Shown piece by piece: positions 37,863 to 51,258 of a stretch of 64,000 bases of DNA. The translations under genes and the position numbers were made by a program. The notes under the pieces are model-generated. The model had not been told where the DNA came from. It did not search any database and saw only the letters and a program-made list of their open reading frames with translations. Source of the DNA: the human T2T-CHM13v2.0 reference genome, Homo sapiens. The stretch is from assembly GCF_009914755.1 (NCBI RefSeq), contig NC_060926.1; one strand, given 5' to 3'. Position 1 is the stretch's first letter. The number at the start of each line of letters is the position of its first letter.

Positions 37863-39647
37863 GAAAAATTGGCTTTCAGTAAATTGATTGCCAGCATATT
37901 AACCTAGGACTATTATTACAAAAATAAAGTAATTAAGGCAGTGTGATGTTTGTACAGGAGTAGATGAAAAGAACAATAGGGTAGAATAGAAAGCTCAGAA
38001 ACAGACTCAAGTGTGTGTAGGATCTTGATCTATTAACGAGATAGCATTAAACAATAAGTGGGGAAAGAATAGACTATTCAATAATTGGTATTGTACCACT
38101 TGGCTAACCATATAAAAATAAAATAAAATTTTATATCTTTATTTCATTAGACACAAAATTAAGCTCTAGATTTATTAAAAAGCTAAATGTTAAAAATAAA
38201 ACTAGACTTCCAGTTTATAGCCTAGTATATAAAGAGGCTAGAAGTCTTTACTTTATCCTAACATAAAGTAAAAACTTAATGAAATATCAACAGCTCTTTT
38301 TAGATCTGTCAGAGAAGTGAGGTCACAGGGCAACCACTGCTCCCAAAATTGGAAAGACAGACAGGTGGATACAGAAAATCACAACTTACTTGAGCCAAAA
38401 TTTATGAGTGGGAACTTCTGTGGGAACCAGTACTGGGATAGAAACACATTAGTTGTAATTGACAAATTGCCGGAGGCTCAGTGTGGACAAGCTTAAGAGA
38501 GAAAAACTCCAGGTGGACCCAGTCAGTCACAGGGGGAGCTGCGCACTATTGAGTTTTGCTTGCAAGAGCTCTCCCAGCTCCTTATAGTAAATAGAGAAAA
38601 ATCTCTTTGTGCTTCTGGCAGCGGGGAGAGGAAAAGGAATCATTTTGAAATATGCCAGCACATTCTGTTCTTTGTAACAAGACCTGCCCTCAAGAGAAAT
38701 TATTTTAACAGAGCCTAACCTGCTGGAAAAGGAAGATATTCAAATCCAGGTGACTCTAACCTTCCACATGGTGCAAGAGAAAGCCCCAACTGTAGCTCCC
38801 TCTAGGCTTCCACGTAGGGGAGGAGAGTACACAACTCTAGTCCCCTTCTGCTATCTGTCTCAGCTATGTAGGGAGTACTGAGGAGCACTAGTGAAGTTGG
38901 CAGTCCAGGGGCATAGGCTCACCAAAAGACTGGGACCCAATTATATGCATATAAAACACTTTTTCTTCCCTAACACCTTACCGTTTCATTACTAAAAGCC
39001 TGCTTACTAATTTTGTTTTCCTAGTACATCCTGTCTGCCTTTCAAGAAAAGATTACAAGGCATATTAAAAGGCAAAAACACAGCTTGAAGAGACTTAACA
39101 AGCATCAGAGTCAGATATGGCAGCAATGTTGGATTTTTCAGACCAGGAATTATAGCAATTTATGATTACTATGTTAAGGGCTATACTGGAAAAAATAGGC
39201 AACATGCAAAGAGATGGATAATGTAAGCAGAGAAATGGAAATTCTAAGAAAGATTAAAGAGAAATGCTAGAAATCCCAAACACTGTAACAGAAATGAAGA
39301 AAGCCTTTGATGGGCTTATTAGTCGATTGGATAGAGTTGATGATATGACAATAGAAACTCCCAAAACTGAAAAGCTAAGAGAACGATGACTGAATGAAAA
39401 CAGAAAAGGCTATCCAAGAACTGTGGGAAAACTACAAAAGGTGTAATGTATGCATGATGAGAATCTCAGAAGAAGGAGAAAGAGAGAAAGGAACAAAAGC
39501 AATATTCCAAGCAATAATGATTGAGAGTTTCTCCAACTACTGTCAGACATCAAACCACAAATTCAGGAAGCTCAGAGAACACCAAGTAGAGTAAATGCAA
39601 AGAAACCAACAAACAAAACCAAAAACTACACATAGGCATATCGTATT

Positions 39648-40062
39648 TCATATGGTTTGGATATGTGTTCCCTCTAAATCTCAGGTTGAATTGTAATCCC
39701 CAATGTTGGAGGTGGGGCCTGGTGGGAGGTAATTAGATCAAGGGGTGGATTTCTCATGAATGATTAACATGATCCCCTTGGTGCTGTCCTCATGACAGTG
39801 AGTGAGTTCTTGTGAGATCCGGTTGTTGTAAAGTGTGGCACCTCCTTTCCCACTCTCTTTCTTGCTCCCATTCTTAACCATGTGAGATGCCTGCTCTCCC
39901 TTTGCCTTCCACCATGATTATAAGCTTCCTGAAGCCTCCCCAGAAGACAAGCAGATGCCAGTACCATACTTCCTGTAAAGCCTGCAGAACCATAAGCCAA
40001 TTAAACCTCTTTTCTTTATAAATTACCCAGTCTCAGGTATTTCTTTATAGCAATGCACGACA
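39648..40062 (+). mobile_element. MSTB-like MaLR solo LTR inserted in L1 ORF1
   Basis: 'atatggtttgg..gtaatccccaatgttggaggtggggcctggtgggagg..gccaattaaacctcttttctttataaattacccagtctcaggtatttc'; TSD gtatt / atatt. Confidence 0.9.
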
Positions 40063-41998
40063 ATATTCAAAGTTAAGAAAATCAAAGATAAACAATCTTG
40101 AAAGAAGTAAAAAAGCACCTTACTTATAGGAGAGAAAATAATTAAATCCAACTTCTCCTCAGAAACCAGGTAAACAAGAATAGAGCAGGGTGAAATAGTT
40201 AAAGTATTGAGATTAAAAAACCACCAGCCTAGAATTCTGTACCCAGCAAAATCATCCTTTAAAAGTGAAGGAAAAATAAAAGACTCTCATACAAGCAAAA
40301 GTTGAGGAAATTTGTTGCCAGTAGACCTGCCTTGCAAGAAATGTTAAAGTAAGTTCTTCAGAGAGAAGGAACATGATATAGGTCAGAAACTCAGATCTAC
40401 ATAAAGAAAGGAAGAGCATCAGAGAATGAATAAGTGAAGGTATAATACAAATATTTTGTCATTCTTAATCTAACATATAACAGTTTGTTCAAAATAATGA
40501 TAACAGTGTCTTTGATTATACTCATGTATACATATATACTTATGTATGCTTATGTATAAGTGAAATGATTGATGGCAATGATAACAAAAGAGGGGAGGAA
40601 AGAATTAGAATTATTTTGTTATTATAAGGTACTTGCACTACCTGAAAACAGCGTAGTGTTATTTGAAAGTGAACTTAGTTGTAAATGTATGTTGCAAATT
40701 CTAGGACAATGAATTAGAAAGTGAAAAAGGAAATACAATTGATATGCTAAGAAAGGAGATAAAAAAGAATCATATAAAATGCTCAATTAAAACCACAAAA
40801 GGCAGAAAAAGTGTAAAAGACAAAAATAAGAACAAGGAGAACCAATACAAAACAGTAACAAATCTGGTAGATATTAATTCAACTATATTAATAATCCCCT
40901 TAAATGTCAAGGTTCTACATATACCAATTAAAAGGCAGAGACTGTCAGTGGATCAAAATCAAGACCCAACTGTATGTTGTCTATAAGAAATCCACTTTAA
41001 ATATAAAGACACATATAGATTAAAAATAAATGAATGGAGAAAGATATACCACTCTAACATCAATGAAAAGAAAGTAGGTGTAGGTATATTAATTTCAGAC
41101 AGAGGATTTCAGAGCAAGGAAATTTATCAGGGATAAAGAGGAACAATATGTAATAATAAAGGAGTCAGTACTCCGTGAAGACATAATAATCCTTAATGTG
41201 TATACATCTAACAACAGAGCATCAAAACACATGAGGCAAAAACTTGACAGAATTGCAAGAAGTAAATGAATTCACTATTATAACTGGAGACTTAAAACAT
41301 TCCTCTATCAGAAATAGACAGATCTAGCCGACAGATCATCAGTAAGGACATAATTGAACTCAACACCACCGCCAATCAACTGGATATAATTGACATCTAT
41401 TGATTACTTTATCCAATAATAGCAGAACACACATTCTTCTTAAGTTCACCTGGAACATTTACCCAGATAAACCACATTTTGCGTGATAAAACATCTTAAC
41501 ACATTTGAAATAATAGAAATCATACAGTGTCTGCTCTTAGAACACAATGGAATTCAACTAGAAATCAATAACAGAAAGAAAGCTGGAAAATCACCATATA
41601 GTTGGAGATAAAATAGCACACTGCTAATCAACATATGGGTCAAAGAAGAAATCCCAAGAGAAATTTTAAAATATTTGAACTAAATAGAAATGAAAATAAA
41701 ACTTATCAAAGTTTGTGAGATGCAGTGAAAGCAGTGCATAGAGGGAAATTTATGGCATTGAAAACATGTATTAGAAAAGAAGAAAGATCTAAAATCAATG
41801 ATCTAAACTTCTACCATAGGAAACTAGAAAAAGAATTAAATGCAAAGTGAGCAGAAGAAAAATAATAATTAGATTAGAAATTTATACAATTGGAAACAGG
41901 AAATCAATAGAGAAAATCAACAAAACCAAAAGCTGTTTCTTCAAAAAGATCAATGAAACTGGTAAGACTATACCAGCATAAGAAAAAAAATTGAAGGA

Positions 41999-42061
41999 CG
42001 CCACTGCACTCCAGCCTGGATGACAGAGTGAGATCCTGTCTCCAAAAATAAAGAAAAAAAA
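41999..42061 (+). mobile_element. severely 5'-truncated Alu (last ~45 nt + tail) in L1 ORF2
   Basis: 'cgccactgcactccagcctggatgacagagtgagatcctgtctc' + A-rich tail. Confidence 0.85.
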
Positions 42062-45000
42062 GACATGAATTATTCCTATCAGAAATGAAAGAGTAGACAT
42101 CACTATAGATCCCATGGACATTAAAAGGATAATAAAGGAATATTATGAACAACTCTATACTCACAAATTTCATAACTTAATAAAATGGAACAATTCCTTA
42201 AAACACACAGTCTGCCAAAAATGCACACAAGAGGACATAGACAATCTGAATAGGCCTATTTCTATTAAATAAATTGAATCAGTAACTAATAACTTTGTAA
42301 AACAGAAAGCATCATGCCTACATGTGTTCAGTGGTGTATTCTACCAAAAATTTAAAGGAGAAATTATACCAGTTCTCTACAATCACTTCCAGAAGATAGA
42401 ATCAGAGGGAGTACTCCCTAACTCATTCTGTGAGCCAAGACATTATAAGAAGGGAAAACTACAGATCAATATCTCTCATGAACATAAATGTAAAAATCCT
42501 GAATAAAATATTAGCAAACTGAATCCAGTGACATATAAAAAGAATTATATACCACAACCAATTGGGATTTATCCCAGGTGTGCAGGGCTGGTTCAACATT
42601 CAAAAATCAATTAATGTAATTCACCACATTAGCAGATAAAAGAAGAAAAGTCTCATGATCTCATCAATAGATACATAAAAAGCATTTGACAAAAATCCAA
42701 CACCCATAGGTGATTTTTAAAACTCTCAGAAAACTAAGAATGGAGGAGAACTTTCTCAATTTTATGGAGAACATGTACAAAAACCCTACAGTTAAAATCA
42801 CACTTAATAGTGAGAAACTTGAAGCTTTCCTGCTAAGATCAGGAACAAGAAAAGGATGTTCCCTCTCACCGCTACTTTTCAACATTATACTAGAAGTTCT
42901 AGCTAATGCAACAAGACAAAAAAGAAGGAAATAGAAGGTATACAGATTGGGAACAGATGGTATGATTGATTGTCTCTGTAGAAAATCTGAAAGAATCAAT
43001 TTTTAAAACTCCTACAACTAATAAGAGATGATAGCAAGGTTTCAGGGTGCAAAATTAATATATGAAAGTCAATCACTTTCCTGTATACCAGCAATAAACA
43101 AGTGGAATTTGAAATTAAAAATGCATTACGATTTATATTAGCATCCCTCAAAATGACATACTTACATATAAATCTAATAAAATATGAACAAGATCTATAT
43201 GAGGAAAACTACAAAACTCCAATTAAAGATATCAAAGAACAACAGAATACATGGGAGAGATATTCCATGATCATGGATAGGAAGACTCAATATTGTTAAA
43301 ATTTCAGTTTTTCCCAATTTGATCTATAGATTCAGCACAACCCCGATCAAAATCCCAGCAAGCTATTTTGTAGATATTGATGAACTGATTCTAAAGTTTA
43401 TATAGAGAGGGAAAAGACCCAGAACAGCCAACACAATATTGAAGGAAAAGAACGAAGTTGGAGGACTGACACTACTTGACTTCAGGACTTACTATAAAGC
43501 TACAGTAATCAAGACAGTGTGGTGAAAAAAAATAGACTAATAGATTAATGGGGCCTAATAGCCCAGAAATAGACCCATGTGAACATAGTCTACTGATCTT
43601 TGACAAAAGAGCAAAGGAAATACAATGGAAAAAAGACTGTCTTTTTCAACCAATGATACTGGAATAACTGAACATCCACAGGCAAAATTAATAATAATAA
43701 TAATAATAATAAGGAATCTAGACACAGACCTTACAAAATTTATCTCAAGATGAATCACAGACCTAAATGTAAAATACAAAACTATAAAACTTTTAGAAGA
43801 TAATATAAGAGAAAATCTAGATGACCTTGGGTATGGTGGTGACTTTTTGGATATAACACCAAAAGCACAATCCATGAAAGAAATAATCCTGAACTTCATT
43901 AAATAAGCTGAACTTCATTAAAATTAAAACCTTCTGCTCTGTGAATGGCAATGTCAAGAGAATAAGATAAGCCACAGAATGGGAGAAAATATTTTGTAAA
44001 AAATATCTGATATAGAACTGTTATTCAAAATGTACCAAGAACTATTAAAACTCAAAAATAGGAAAATAAATAACCTAATTAAAAAATGAACAGATACCTA
44101 AACAGATACCTCGGCAAAGAAGATATACAGATGTTAAGTATATTAAAAGATATTCCGCATTATTTGTCATTAGGGAATTAAAAATTCAAACAGCAAAAAG
44201 GTACCGCTACACACCTATTAGAATGGCCAAAATTCCAAACACTGACAACACCAAAATGCAGGTGAGGATGTGGAGCAATGGGAACTCTCATTCATTGCTG
44301 ATGGGAATGCCAGATGGTATAGCCATTTTGGAAGACAGCTTGGCTGTCTTACATAACTAACATACTCTTAGCATATAATCCAGCAATCATACTTTTTGGT
44401 GTTTACCCAAATGAACTGAAAACTTATGTCCACACAAAAACCTGCATGTAGATGTTTATAGCAGCTTTATTCATAATTGTCAAAATTCGGAAGCAATCAA
44501 GATGTCCTTCAGCAGGTGAACGGATAAATTGTAATATGTCCAGACTATGAAATATTACTCAGCACTAAAAAGAAATGAGCTATCAAGCCATGAAAAGACA
44601 TTGAAGAAACTAAATGCATATTACTAAGTGAAATAAGCCAGCTTGAAAAGGCTACACACTGTGTGATTCCAAAAACATGACATTCCATAAAAGGCAGAAC
44701 TATGGAGACTGTAAAAAAGATCAGTGGTTTCCAAGAGTTAGGAGGAGGGAGGGATGAATAGACATAGCATAGAGGATTTTTAGAGCAGTGAAATTATTCT
44801 ATATGAAACTACAATGGTGGGTACGTGCCACACATTTGTCATAACCCATAGAATGCACAACAGCAACAGTGAATCCTAATGTAGTCTATGGACACTGGGT
44901 GATAATAATGTGTCAATATAGGTTTGATTGCGATATATGTACCATTCTGGTGCAGGATGTTAATCCTAAATGAGGTCGTGGGTGTGTGGGGACAAGGGAG

Positions 45001-45161
45001 TTATGAGAACTTCGTACATTTTGTTCAATTTTGCCATAGACCTAAAGCTGATCTAAAAAATAGTTTATTAATAAAAAATAAAATAGAACACATTTTTAAT
45101 TATTTAAAGAAAATATAGAAAAATACATTTATTATTCCCAAATAAGGAGTGATTATTTTCA

Positions 45162-45200
45162 GATGAGATCTGGTGCGTTCAGGGTGGTATGAAGGTAGGC
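45162..45200 (-). pseudogene. tailless 5S rRNA retropseudogene (5S nt 1-~42)
   Basis: Reverse complement gcctaccttcataccaccctgaacgcaccagatctcatc matches human 5S 5' end GTCTACGGCCATACCACCCTGAACGCGCCCGATCTCGTC at 32/39; perfect 17-bp direct repeat aggagtgattattttca 45145-45161 / 45201-45217. Confidence 0.92.
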
Positions 45201-45219
45201 AGGAGTGATTATTTTCAAA

Positions 45220-45220
<1 letters not shown>

Positions 45221-45262
<42 letters not shown>
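45221..45262. repeat. (AC)21 microsatellite
   Basis: Perfect dinucleotide run. Confidence 0.98.
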
Positions 45263-45263
<1 letters not shown>

Positions 45264-45264
45264 A

Positions 45265-46130
45265 TGAATGGAGAAATCATAAAAGAAATCATAAAAGAGA
45301 GATTGCAAAAAAAAACCCATCAAAATTGAAAGCTCTGTGGAATAAAAGACACCATAAACAAAATTAATAGCCAAGCGGTAGACTGGGAGAAGGTATTTAC
45401 ATCATATGTAACAATCAAAAGATTACCATTCAGAATGAAGCATTACTAACAACCAAACAGGAAAATGTGTGATTCATGTAAGAAGAAACTTGGAGAGCCT
45501 AAAAACACATTTTAAAAAGCTTGGTTTCCCTAGAATCAAGGCAGCACTAATTAAATTCACAATGAGAGATCATTTCACACACATAAGATTAGCAGAAAAT
45601 AAATTCTGATTGTTGAAAAGGATATTGGGAAACAGAAGTCTTGCACAATGCTGGTGGGAATGCAAATTGGCATAACCACTTTGGAGATCAACTAGGCAAT
45701 ATCTAGCAAAATGCATAATACGCATATCCTATGCCCCAGCAGATCTATCTCTAGTCAAAAACCCTAGAAAAACACTCGCACATGCATTCAAGAAGATGTC
45801 ACAAGCACAGGTGTTCAAGATGTTATAAGAATGTTCATTTCAGCATTGTTTGTAATAGCAAAAAACCAGAAACAATCCAAATGTCCATTAATAGAAAAAG
45901 GAATAAATAAATTGTACTATGTTTAAACTACTATGTATAATGGGGCCAAAATTCATTGACTGTATTTAAAGGTATCAACATGGATAGAAAAAAATATAGA
46001 GGAGAAAAGAATCTTGCAGAACACTACAAACCATATGCTTTCATTTAAGTAAATTTTTAAAAATATAAATCAATATGATACTGGTTATGACTTTACATGT
46101 GTGTAATAAAACATACAATTATTGTGGATA
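45265..46130 (+). mobile_element. old L1ME-like ORF2 end / 3'UTR (continuation of host L1)
   Basis: 'gactgggagaaggtattt', 'tgctggtgggaatgcaaattgg', 'cagcattgtttgtaatagcaaaaaac..aaatgtccattaatag'. Confidence 0.7.
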
Positions 46131-46132
46131 TC

Positions 46133-46660
46133 CTGTCAGTTAGGATCTTTTAAATACAAGTAAAATAATCCCCAGCTCAAGATGGCTTCAATAATCAAGA
46201 GATTTATTATCTTGACATAACAAGAGATCCAGAAGTAGGACAGTTCCAAGGTATTTAATCCAGCAGTTTAAACATCTTACCAAGGACTTAGGATTGTCCA
46301 TATTTTCATTCAGCAATTTAAAATGTGTTCTCCTCAGCCTAACCCTTCTTTTGGACACCATATGGCTACCATAATCCCAGGCACCACATGTGGAAACAAC
46401 AAGATCCAATGAAAGAGAAAAGAGCACGTCTTTGCTGTACATCTCTATCATAAAGCAAAGATCTCTTAACCAGACCACCCAGTAGACTTCCCCTCCAGAC
46501 ATCTCCATTGGCCAGAACTGTGTCTCCCAAACCAATTACAAGGGAAATAGGATCACCAGGACTGGCTTAGATCATTGGGTTACATTGGGGAAAGGTCAGC
46601 AGAACAAAATTGGGGCTCCTCATAGAAGAAGGGGGAAATTTGGATGCATAGGCAATGATA
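46133..46660 (-). mobile_element. MLT1J/K-like LTR
   Basis: 'tgtcagttaggat..acataacaagagatccagaagtagg..cattggccagaactg..gactggcttagatca'. Confidence 0.65.
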
Positions 46661-46969
46661 TCGGCCAAAGATTAGGAAACAAAATCTATTGTAGAGAAAT
46701 AGGTGCTTATGAAATCTCTGGAGGGTTGAGGGAGCAGGCTATGGGTTGAGCCTCTAATGACTTCTAGAACATCATAGTCCAGTTGCTACTATCTCTGGCA
46801 TAAAAAGAAAAGCAGGGCATCAGGCAGCCACCGGGGAGCTCTTGATTCAAGAATACACAGCCATAGCTATGATCCAGGATTTGGGAAGCTTGTATCCAGA
46901 AACACTGCCATAGTCACAACTGCCAGCTGTCACCAACTTTGCAAATATCTTTCAGTACTGCCCCCACCA

Positions 46970-47003
<34 letters not shown>

Positions 47004-48485
47004 TGGATACTGGACCTTGGGATCTCTACAACCTTGCTTGCCATGAGAAAAGAGCCAAAACAGCTTGGAAAATGGGTGCTGTTGCAGGATTATTTTCTAA
47101 ATATCACGTTAAGTGCATGTAATTGGTAGAACTTAATTTTCATGCAGAACCCTAACTGCAAAACAGTCCTGGAGATTTAGTTTTAACTTTCCAGCCTTTG
47201 CAGTAGAGGATGGCATGTGGGAAGAGGTGAGGATGGATGCTGTGTGTCAATTGATTAGTCCTTCACGGCAAGAAATAATGTCTACTACAGTCCATCCCTT
47301 TGCCTACCCTCACATTCAGCATAAAAAATGCTCATACCTACATAAAATACATTCATCCCCCTCACAAGAAAGAGATGACTCAAAATCTCCTTCAGTTACG
47401 GCATCCAGATCCAGGTCCAGGATCTCTGAGTGGGGTAAATTCTTGTCCATCAAGTCCCAGTATGGTGGGACCAGATGGTGCTGGGCGAGAGGAGATTGGA
47501 AAACATTTGCAAAGTAGGTTGCATCTGAATTGTATCTACCTTCCAAACAGTTGTGACTATGGTCCAGTGATAGCCATGTTCAAAATACCCAAAATAGAAT
47601 AAAAACTCCCAATCAGAAAAGGAGGGGGAAAGGTAGACACACATGCACACACACAGTAATCACTGATCCATGTTCCACAGCATATATCATCAAGGTCTGC
47701 TGGGCTCTACGTCCTGTAAATGTTGTAAGATCCTTTGTCAGCTAGTCTGGCAGCCCTCAGTTCTGCTCCCTTGGAGAATCTCTCTTGTTCTTCATCCTTA
47801 TGGCCACATCTGAGATGGGCATTAGGGAGAGTATCTCTTCATTTGGGGCCGCACAGTTTTAAGAACACATTACTTTTGGTGCCAGATCAGGAGCTGAGAG
47901 ATTGCCTTAGAGGCTGAACTGTCATGGGTTGCTGTGAGTAGTCTTGGCATTTCTTTGGCAATACAGTTCTTTTAGCAGGTTTCTCATGTTTTTGCTTCAG
48001 GGAGTTATATGGGCTAATAATCTTAAGCCAAAATCTTGTCTGGATACAATCTTTGGTCCTGATAATACCTTCTCCTAGCCATGTCCAACCCCTGTCCTTC
48101 GATCTATTGGCCTCTGTCTTAATTGTCTTAAGGCAATTCTAAACAGTCCTGAGTGCCAAGACCCAGTGTGTCAGGAGAGGACTGGGAGCTTTCTGACACT
48201 TGCTGAGTCTTCCTCTTTTCTCTGCTACAGGGATGCCTGTGGCCATCTATATCCCGGAGGACTTTACCAAAAGCAGTAAGCAGTAGCAACACACATACCA
48301 CAATTCTGAATTTTTTCCTAATACTACAGCCCCTATACGTATGTGGCCTAAATCCCAAGGAACAGGGAGGGACACTTGTTATGAATCAAGGGTCCCCAAC
48401 TTCCCAGCCTCCTCTTTCCTACCACCTCCACTCAGCCAATTCCATGTTTTAGAGTCTGATACTTGCAGCACCCACTTCCTAATAA
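46661..48485 (-). mobile_element. old MLT1 LTR plus MaLR internal region
   Basis: LTR-like 'aattggtagaac..aaccctaactgcaa' to ~47270, then MaLR-int-like 'aaaatacattcatcc..ggcatccagatccaggtccaggatctc' and 'gcagcacccacttcc'. Confidence 0.45.
46972..47002. repeat. (AC)n microsatellite
   Basis: Dinucleotide run of ~15 units. Confidence 0.95.
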
Positions 48486-50713
48486 AAAAAAAGGGAAATT
48501 ATTTTGGCATAGGCCAATAAAACACACACACATACACACACACAAATTATAAAAACATTAACTGGATACAAACCAAATTCATTATAGTAGTTGCCTATGG
48601 GGAGGACGAAACTGGAGAAGGACATAGGAGAATCAATGTTATCTGTAAAAAATTCATCTTATTAAAAAAGATCTAATGTGGAAAAAATACAAAATATTTT
48701 ACTGTTTGGGGTGACATGTACCATCACTGCAATGAATGACAGAGCATTTGTTATATTATCCTCTATGCTTTGCTGTGTATTTTATGGGCAAGTTGGACAG
48801 AGCCTATGACCCATGGGAAAAAATTCAGCAAAGTGCTTAGTCTGGCACAACAAGCAAGCAGCTGGCAGCCAAGAAGTTGTGCCCTCTGCTCTGCCTATCT
48901 AAATCCTGGTTATCTTTTCAGGCTCTGCTGAAGTCCCACTCCTCAAGGAAGCCTACCCGGACTATTCCAGCTCACAGTCACCTCTCCCTCTACTGAACTA
49001 TCAGAACCCCTCGAGCCACTACTCCCCCAGTGTGTCACTAATTCTTCATTTCATGAGTTTTAGGATGGGGACTGCATGGTAAATGCATAGTCTTACTTAG
49101 CTGGGGAACACTGAGGAGAGTTACTATTTCTGATTGGGCCTGACTTTTTCCTGTTCCCCACCAGTGAGTATGTCCAGGGCCTCCCTCTTGCTCCCCAAAC
49201 CACAAACCATTACTGGCAGGCAGCCTCAGACGTCACCTGGCTGAGAACGTGCAGCTGGCAGAAACAGGCCCATTTGTCACAATTCATCAGGTCCAGCTCT
49301 CAGCTCGGAGGAGCCCCGATCCCCTCAGAACGCATTTTCCTTTTGTGTGATGTATGTAAAACACTCCTAATGTGAGGATCCTCAGAGAGAGCTCACACTG
49401 CCTGGCTAAGTGTTTTTTAAAGAATCAAGCTCTTACTTTTTAAAATTACACCAGGGTGGTATTGTTCAAATATGTAAGACTGACTACTCCAGAAAGCGGC
49501 AACAACAGGATACAATGCACTAATTTTACCCCACTTTGACTTAGAAAATATAATCGGTACTTAGAAAAATTGTAAATACTAAAGAATCAAGGGAATAGGA
49601 TTATTCTAAAATAGGGCGCTAATACAGCAAGCAAAATAGCTTTCGCTAGTCTTAACTGAGGGCCATTATCTATCAGAGAAGATACACCTCTGGCCTGTAA
49701 TGTAAAGAAACACAAATGACTAAAGAAGCTTGCCAATATTTCTAGGAGGAGGAAGAGAGGAAAGAGTCTGTAACAAGACAGAAACTTGGAAAAGCCAAGA
49801 GATGCAACAGGGTAGGCAAACAGCCTCCAGTGTGCCTGAGAGGGGGAAAACCCAGGCCTGGTTCAATTCCCATCATTTCCATGGAGTCTTTTTCCTTCTC
49901 CTCTCTGAACTGCTGTGGCTTTCACACAATCCCAGGACTTCCTTATCCTTGGTGGTGGTGTCCAGTCATTGCATGTATCTCCCCAACTAAAATACAGCCC
50001 CTCAGGGTAGAAACTGTACCCTATATTTCTCTCCTATATCAGCTCATATCATCCTACTTTCTGACCAGCAAACCTAGCACAGATTGGCCATCCAGTAGCC
50101 TTGAGCCTCAGGGCATAACCTACTTTCTTCCTCTTCCCGCCTCCCTTTCTGTGATAAATGGAGAGGATTTTGAGACAATCCTCCCTACAGCCCTGGTAGC
50201 CAATGTGGTAGCCACATTGTGTTCCCGCAGGTACGCAGAGATTAGTAGGAGGCATTTAGCTTGGACAAAATTTCAAGATAGAAAGGTGGGATATTCTAAA
50301 TAGAAAAGATTCAGCTGCCAAGCGCTACTGAGGTAGAGTGAAGATTTTGTGTTTAGAAGATACTAGTTTAATTACAGTGGGGATCAAAACTGTTGGAGAG
50401 TTGATGGACAAGTGTGAGGAGAAGAGAGCCCAATCTTCTTGTTGGAAACTAGAGGCTCGTTGGTAATGACCAAGCAATGCACAGCGTGTCCATTTTTATT
50501 AGTATCCTTACTCGTATGGGCACCACCCAATCTCCTCAGTGGCCACAAAATCCATCCCCCTGATGCTACACCTAAACTTAGTTGCAAGAACACGAGGTGG
50601 AGCAAATCATTACCCATCATACTTTTTGTGCTTCTAACTTTTTGTGTGATTCTCAGTGGAGGAATAAAAAACGAGTAGAGGAAGCTTTCATTTCATATTG
50701 CATTTGTATTATA

Positions 50714-50733
50714 TGTGTGTGTGTCTCTCTGTG

Positions 50734-50790
<57 letters not shown>
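50714..50790. repeat. compound (TG)n(TC)n(TG)n microsatellite
   Basis: Alternating TG and TC runs ending in a long (TG) run. Confidence 0.95.
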
Positions 50791-50793
<3 letters not shown>

Positions 50794-50942
50794 AGTATAT
50801 GAGAGAATTCCTCTTATTTTTGTTCTCTATACCAAATCCAGTTCATTTTTATCCATGCGCATCTGGATAGGTCTACATGTTTTCTTTTCAACAAACAAAT
50901 GCAAAACATATTTATTAGCTCTTGATTCTAAAAGAACGCCAA

Positions 50943-51225
50943 AGCCACATGTGGTGGGCTCATGCCTGTAATCCCAGCACTTTCGGAAGCTGAGGTGGGA
51001 GGATTATTTGAGCCCAGGAGTTTAAGACCAGCCTGGGCAATACAGTGAAACCCCATCTCTACAAAATATTTTTAAAAATTAGCTGGGCATGGGGGCACCC
51101 ACCTTTTGTCCCAGCTACTTGGGAGGCTGAGGCTGAGGATCCCTCGAGCCCAGGAAGTTGAGTCTGCAGTGAGCTGTGATTGTGCCACTGCACTCCAGCC
51201 TGGGTGACAGAATAAGACCCTGTCT

Positions 51226-51256
<31 letters not shown>
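50943..51256 (+). mobile_element. Alu (AluJ-like), full length
   Basis: Two arms, ~30-nt A tail. Confidence 0.92.

Positions 51257-51258
<2 letters not shown>

Larger units (their letters stand above)
36612..37910. mobile_element. unassigned putative DNA transposon with inverted subterminal ~15-bp repeat arrays
   Basis: Left array of 'gccaatttgccaaa'-like units, reverse-complement units near 37500-37565 and 37865-37900; host L1 resumes on both sides. Confidence 0.4.
38205..45072 (+). mobile_element. near-full-length inactive LINE-1 (L1MC1/L1MC2-like): 5'UTR, ORF1, ORF2, 3'UTR
   Basis: ORF1 relic 'AIQELWENYKRCNV' (39394-39594); endonuclease relic 'PLNVKVLHIPIKRQRLS..QDPTVCCL' (40744-40986); RT relic 'EKLEAFLLRSGTRKGCSLSPLLFNIILEVLANATRQ' (42710-42934); many stops/frameshifts; TSD-like aaaaataaaa(c)taga. 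Confidence 0.9.

Noticed and set aside
42710-42934. Reverse-transcriptase-like ORF as an active RT or retron-type system
   Set aside because: A 74-aa fragment of a frameshifted, stop-riddled L1 ORF2
45162-45200. Functional 5S rRNA gene
   Set aside because: Only the first third is present; internal promoter boxes A/C and terminator are missing
50384-50620. 78-aa minus-strand ORF with hydrophobic, signal-peptide-like N-terminus
   Set aside because: No recognisable family, promoter or splice context; cannot be distinguished from chance without ribosome profiling or conservation
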